From: Verrucomicrobiota bacterium
GTDB lineage: Bacteria > Verrucomicrobiota > Lentisphaeria > Lentisphaerales > Lentisphaeraceae
Assembly: GCA_039798785.1 (NCBI GenBank)
Contig: JBDKFG010000028.1
Location: 1-56,822 of the forward strand
Length of the DNA: 56,822 nucleotides
Reading direction: 5' to 3'
A program made the position numbers and the translations under genes. Positions within the stretch are counted from its first letter, which is position 1. The number at the start of each line of letters is the position of its first letter. This document shows, one piece after another, positions 52,654 through 56,822 of the stretch. Below the pieces are notes generated by a model. It made no database searches and had not been told where the DNA came from. It worked only from the letters and a program-made list of their open reading frames with translations.

Positions 52654-53697
52654 ATGGCCGCTAAGAAACCCGACACCAAGGACAAGAAGGAGGAGCTCAG
52701 CGCCTCCCAGAAGGCGGCCATCGTGCTCCTCAGTCTCGACAAGGCCGATGCCAGCCGGGTGATGAAGAACATGAGCCCGACCACGCTCGAGAAGATCACC
52801 CAGGCGATCTGGTCGATCGGGGAAGTCAGCGACGCCGACCGCGAAAACGCCCTCGAGGAGCTCGGCAAGCGGATCTCCACCAGCACTCTTCTCGGCGGAG
52901 CCGACAAGGTTCATGAACTGCTCGTCGAAGTCCTCGGCGAGGAGAAGGCACGCGAAATCATCGAAAAGGCGAAGAAGGAGGACAGCACCCGCAAGGCCTT
53001 CAACTCGCTGGTGAACATCAAGTCCGCCGACCTCGCCAACTTCCTCGGCAAGGAACAGCCGTCCACCATCGCCATCGTCCTGGGCTTCCTGCCGCCCCAG
53101 AAGGTCGGCGAAATCCTCGGCGCCTTCGATTCCGACCTGCGCAATGAAGTCGCCCTCCGTCTCGCCCTTCCCAAACCAGCCAAGCAGGACATCGTCCAGC
53201 GTATCGAGAAGGTCTTCGTCCGCAACATCGTGTCGAAAATCGCCACCAAGAAGGATAAGGAGCAGGACAAGGACATCGGCGGCCCGAAGATGATGGCCGA
53301 GATCATCCAGAGCCTAGATCGCGACACGGGCGAGGGCATCCTCAAGTCGATCCAGGAGAGCCAGCCCGAAATCGGCAACGAGATCGCCCAGCAGCTCTTC
53401 ACTTTCGAGGACATCGTCCGCTTCGGCCCGAAGGAAATGCAGCGCCTGATGCGCGACGTGCCGATGGAGAAGCTTCCTCTCGCCCTCCGTGGAGTCAACG
53501 AGACTCTCTTCGCCAAGTTCGCCGACAACCTGTCGAAGAGGGCCCGGGAAAACCTCACCGAGGAAATGCAGCTCATGGGCCGCGCCAAGCTTGCCGACGT
53601 CCAGAACGCCCAGCGCGAAATCGTCGCCATCGTCCGCTCGCTCGAAGCTGCCGGCGAACTCCAGATCTCGATGGGCGGCGACGATGAATACGTCTAA
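52654..53697 (+). CDS. fliG: Flagellar motor switch protein
   Basis: QKAAIVLLSL, EQPSTIAIVL, FTFEDI, NLSKRA, AQREIV. Confidence 0.93.
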   Translation: MAAKKPDTKDKKEELSASQKAAIVLLSLDKADASRVMKNMSPTTLEKITQAIWSIGEVSDADRENALEELGKRISTSTLLGGADKVHELLVEVLGEEKAREIIEKAKKEDSTRKAFNSLVNIKSADLANFLGKEQPSTIAIVLGFLPPQKVGEILGAFDSDLRNEVALRLALPKPAKQDIVQRIEKVFVRNIVSKIATKKDKEQDKDIGGPKMMAEIIQSLDRDTGEGILKSIQESQPEIGNEIAQQLFTFEDIVRFGPKEMQRLMRDVPMEKLPLALRGVNETLFAKFADNLSKRARENLTEEMQLMGRAKLADVQNAQREIVAIVRSLEAAGELQISMGGDDEYV

Positions 53698-53807
53698 GCA
53701 ATTACGAATTACGAATTAATTAAGCTCAGAACGGAAAGCTGTCCCAAAGAAGGCAAGGCCGCAGATTCCTCTGCGGCCTTGTTCATTCGTAATTCGTAAT
53801 TGCTTAG
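53694..53807. repeat. 23-bp perfect inverted repeat built from a heptamer (AATTACG), enclosing a hairpin terminator
   Basis: CTAAGCAATTACGAATTACGAAT (53694-53716) / ATTCGTAATTCGTAATTGCTTAG (53785-53807); inner AAGGCCGCAG..CTGCGGCCTT (53755-53780). Confidence 0.88.
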
Positions 53808-54925
53808 GATCGCTTCTTCTTGGGCTTCTCCTGCAGGCCGCGGCCGAGAGCCCAGTCCCGCATCGCCTCGACGGTGTTGCCTCGCTTGCGCCCGGAGACC
53901 TCCTTGGCGAAACGGGCCATCAAGGCACGCAGCGCGGCTTGCAAGGTGTGCAGGAATTCAGCCCTTTCTTCGAAGCGGTCCTGCTTGTTCATCTTTTCGC
54001 CGTCAGGCAGCTTGACGCTGCGGAAGCCGAGGGAGTCGGCGTCGAGGCTGAGGTGCCAGGCTTCGTCGGGACGCCCGATCATCAGTCGGGCGGCGCGCAG
54101 CTTCTTGCCGGAAGCGAGGGCGGCTGCGGCTTCCGGGGCGCCGGTGGGCACGCCTTTGCGCAGCACCGATTCGTGCGATCCCTCGCCTTCCGCCGCGAGA
54201 GTCAGGGGGCCGTCGACGCCGACCGCGAATTCACCGAGATCAGGAACGGTGAATTTGCCGCCGTCCTGTTCCGCCATGAACCAGACCCAGGTGAGGAAGT
54301 CGCGCCCCATCCAGCGTTCGGTGCCGTCCTCGAAACCTTCCACCAGCTGGATCGGGTCGAGCTGCTCGCCGGAAGTCGCCAGCACTTCGGCGACGCTGGT
54401 TTCGACGGTGATCGGCAGCATCGGGACCTCCAGGGCCTCGAGGATCGCGGTCGCCACCTCGTCGGCCCCTTTGGCCGAGGCGATGCCGATGTACATAAGG
54501 CTGGCCTGGGGGTCGATCAGCACGGGGATGCCGCGGATCTGCGGCACGCCCTGCTTGATCAGCTCCTTGCGGGCCTCTTCCTTGATCTCGGCGCGACGCT
54601 TGCGCGACAGGTAGCCGCTGCCTTCCGAGCCGGCGGTCTTGATCGCCGCCAATTCGCGCTTGGCGCATTCCGCCGCCAGCAGGGCGGGCGGGACGCGGCG
54701 CACGGCAGTGGCGTAGTGGAAGTGGCAGAAGTCGCCGATCCAACAGGTTTCCTGGGTGAATTCAGTCTCCAGGATGTGGCGGGCGGCAAAGCCGCTGACC
54801 GGCTCCTCGCCGACCTTTTCCAAGGGTTTCATCGCCTTCGACTCGAGGCGTTCGAGTAGGTCTTCGGGCAGTTCTCCGTCGAGTTTGAAAAGGCTGAAAG
54901 AAACACTGCCATGATCGAAGGGCAT
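53804..54925 (-). CDS. RdgC-like recombination-associated protein
   Basis: RRVPPALL, RRAEIKEEA, GRDFLTWVWF, ALASGKKL. Confidence 0.65.
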   Translation of the reverse strand: MPFDHGSVSFSLFKLDGELPEDLLERLESKAMKPLEKVGEEPVSGFAARHILETEFTQETCWIGDFCHFHYATAVRRVPPALLAAECAKRELAAIKTAGSEGSGYLSRKRRAEIKEEARKELIKQGVPQIRGIPVLIDPQASLMYIGIASAKGADEVATAILEALEVPMLPITVETSVAEVLATSGEQLDPIQLVEGFEDGTERWMGRDFLTWVWFMAEQDGGKFTVPDLGEFAVGVDGPLTLAAEGEGSHESVLRKGVPTGAPEAAAALASGKKLRAARLMIGRPDEAWHLSLDADSLGFRSVKLPDGEKMNKQDRFEERAEFLHTLQAALRALMARFAKEVSGRKRGNTVEAMRDWALGRGLQEKPKKKRS

Positions 54926-55020
54926 TGGGAATTCTCCTGGAAATTGCGGATGACGCGCAATGTGCCATCGAAAAGAGCGCGGGCAAGCGCTACCCGGACT
55001 TTGCCTTCGCGCTTATCGGC

Positions 55021-55896
55021 TCAGAGTTTCGCCGGATATTGGCCGGCGGCATGGAGGGCATCGAGGCGCGCCTTCACCTCCTGCTTGTCTTCTTGATAGG
55101 TGACGCCGAACCACTGCGAGCTGGTGTCGAGCACGGCGACTTTCTCGCCTTCTTCCTTGATCAGCTGGTCGACGACTTTCGGGATGAAGAATTCGCTCTT
55201 CAGTTCATTGCCTTCGGCCGCGAGGAACTTGCGGAAGCGGCTGTCGAGCTGAGCGAAGAGGCGCGGGGTGAAGCCCCACATGTTCATCGACACCGGCTCG
55301 TGTCCCTTGAGCTGGTCGCCTGCGTCGGAGACGATCACTTCGCCCTTGCGAATGAGGCCGGTGGTTTCGCGGACGCCGGTGAGATTGCCGTTCGCGACCT
55401 GGCAGAGGCCGCGGGTGACGGTGCCGTTCTCGGAGAGGGTTTTGCCGATCTGGAAGCCGACCATGCAGAACTGGTCCTTGCCTTGGCGGAAGAATTCGGC
55501 GGCCTGCTTATAGGCGTCGGCGCCGTAGAAGTCATCGCCGTTGATGGCGACGAAGGGCTCGCTGACGACGTTTTTGGCGCTGAGGATGGCCTGGCCGGTG
55601 CCCCAGGGTTTGGTGCGGCCTTCCGGCACCTTGCGGCCGTCCGGAAGATCGTCGATGCTTTGGAATGCGTAGGCGACTTCGATGCGGCCTTCGAAGCGCA
55701 AGCCGATCTGCTCGCGGAACTCTTTTTCGAAGTCGCGGCGGATGATGAAGACCACCTTGGTGAAGCCGGCGCGCATGGCGTCGTACACCGAGTAGTGGAT
55801 GATCGATTCACCGGAGGGACCGAACTGGTCCATCTGCTTCAGGCCGCCGTAGCGGGAGCCCATGCCTGCGGCCATGACGAGGAGGGTGAGTTTCAT
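55021..55896 (-). CDS. Sugar-phosphate nucleotidyltransferase
   Basis: MAAGMGSRYGGLKQ, RTKPWGTG, INGDDFYG, VSMNMWGF, WFGVTY. Confidence 0.88.
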   Translation of the reverse strand: MKLTLLVMAAGMGSRYGGLKQMDQFGPSGESIIHYSVYDAMRAGFTKVVFIIRRDFEKEFREQIGLRFEGRIEVAYAFQSIDDLPDGRKVPEGRTKPWGTGQAILSAKNVVSEPFVAINGDDFYGADAYKQAAEFFRQGKDQFCMVGFQIGKTLSENGTVTRGLCQVANGNLTGVRETTGLIRKGEVIVSDAGDQLKGHEPVSMNMWGFTPRLFAQLDSRFRKFLAAEGNELKSEFFIPKVVDQLIKEEGEKVAVLDTSSQWFGVTYQEDKQEVKARLDALHAAGQYPAKL

Positions 55897-55940
55897 TGCG
55901 TCTTCCTTATGTTTTTGCCGGATATCGTCGGGTTTCCAGC

Positions 55941-56007
55941 AAACTAAGGGAGGATGCCTGAATTGGAAATTGAGGATTCGACTGAATTTCCTGCCGGATC
56001 TGACTGA
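55941..56007 (-). promoter_or_regulatory. Second copy of the sugar-operon operator/promoter
   Basis: 35/47 identity to 11277-11323; TCAGT repeats at a 22-bp period; TTTCCA, 17 bp, TAGTTT. Confidence 0.65.
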
Positions 56008-56034
56008 ATTTTTCGACCTGTGCAACTGCGTTTT

Positions 56035-56140
56035 CGCCCTGAAAGGGCGGTCAGAGGAAAGCCCAGGGTGTAGCGATGAGGCACGAATCGCAAACCCTGG
56101 GTGGAGGGGAATGGAATTCGCAGCCCGGAGGGGCGGGCCC
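56035..56140. repeat. REP-like palindromic element next to the transposase end
   Basis: CGCCCTGAAAGGGCG hairpin; CCCAGGGT..ACCCTGGG; GCCC-GGAG-GGGC. Confidence 0.55.
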
Positions 56141-56162
56141 CAAATTTTTACCCACTTAGGAT

Positions 56163-56822
56163 CTATTGCCCGATTTCGACACCAACCGCTTGCAGGATAA
56201 GCCGCTGCGGTTTTGTGATGTCGTAGGGGAAGGTCTTGCCACCGGGAGAAACGTGAATTTGAATCCTACGGACGAGATTCTGTACGCGGGTCAGAGGCAG
56301 GGTCTTGGTGTCTGAGGACACATCCAACTTGTCGGCGAGGAGGCGGCGCAAAATGACGGCGAGGAAGGAAAGGAAGAGATGGCCGTCGACGACATCGTCA
56401 TTGCCAGAGCGGTTGCGCTTTTGATGCAAGTCGTTCTTGGGTGTATCGAAGATCTGCTCGATGTCGCCCCGAGTGCGGTAAACCTCGGCGATGGCTTTGA
56501 TCGGCATCGACTTGCTGGAAAGGATGATCTGCTGGCCAAAGGTCTCGGCCCAGGCGGCAAGGACATTGGGCTTGCGCTTCAAGACCCAGGTGGCGCCGGA
56601 AAGCTCGGGCTTGAGTAGCTTCTTGTAGCCCGGCGCGCTGTCGGCCAGCCAGGCTTCCGCCGCCTCGGGGGTCTTGAAGGCCTCGTCTTGCGCCTTGACC
56701 TCAAGCTCGAAAATCGTCTTCATCATCGACTCGGTGCGCTCGGCTTTCACCTTGGCGTTGCGAAGAAGGACGCCCGCTACCAGGTTCGCCCCCTCCGCCG
56801 GCAAGGCCGGGTCGATGGCCCA
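56163..56822 (-). mobile_element. DDE transposase C-terminal part (IS1634/IS4-like), open at the window edge
   Basis: YRTRGDIEQIFDTPK (Y-2-R-3-E-6-K motif), GHLFLSFLA, ITKPQRLIL. Confidence 0.8.

Overview
High-GC bacterial chromosomal window; gene content suggests the PVC superphylum (Lentisphaerae/Verrucomicrobia-like), which is an inference. In order it holds: a giant DUF4347/Ig-repeat adhesin running off the left edge (missed by the ORF track); a GAF sensor kinase; a GH95 glycosidase and an arabinose/galactose uptake-utilisation operon (mutarotase-like, araG, araH, galK, araF, galE, no galT); TonB-ExbBD; an octaheme cytochrome/TPR lipoprotein; a zinc-starvation cluster (ZnuABC, porin, small Cys-poor DUF5679-like protein, two CobW/COG0523 proteins, Fur/Zur-like boxes); IS66 and group II intron debris; a duplicated-junction insertion; a retron operon; an ACP plus desaturase pair; flagellar genes (fliC, fliF, fliG); AsmA; an RdgC-like gene; a sugar nucleotidyltransferase; and a transposase at the right edge. 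The standout is the retron locus at 35257-42137: WGR/HEAT protein, SWIM Zn-finger protein and a retron RT. It carries TWO tandem msr-msd ncRNA units with a near-identical scaffold, but each has its own a1/a2 arms and a different, fully compensated 19-bp msDNA stem. One RT therefore appears to serve an array of sequence-variable msDNAs. A second finding is a shared 47-bp operator/promoter linking the galK-galE operon to a nucleotidyltransferase 44 kb away, which may replace the missing GalT.
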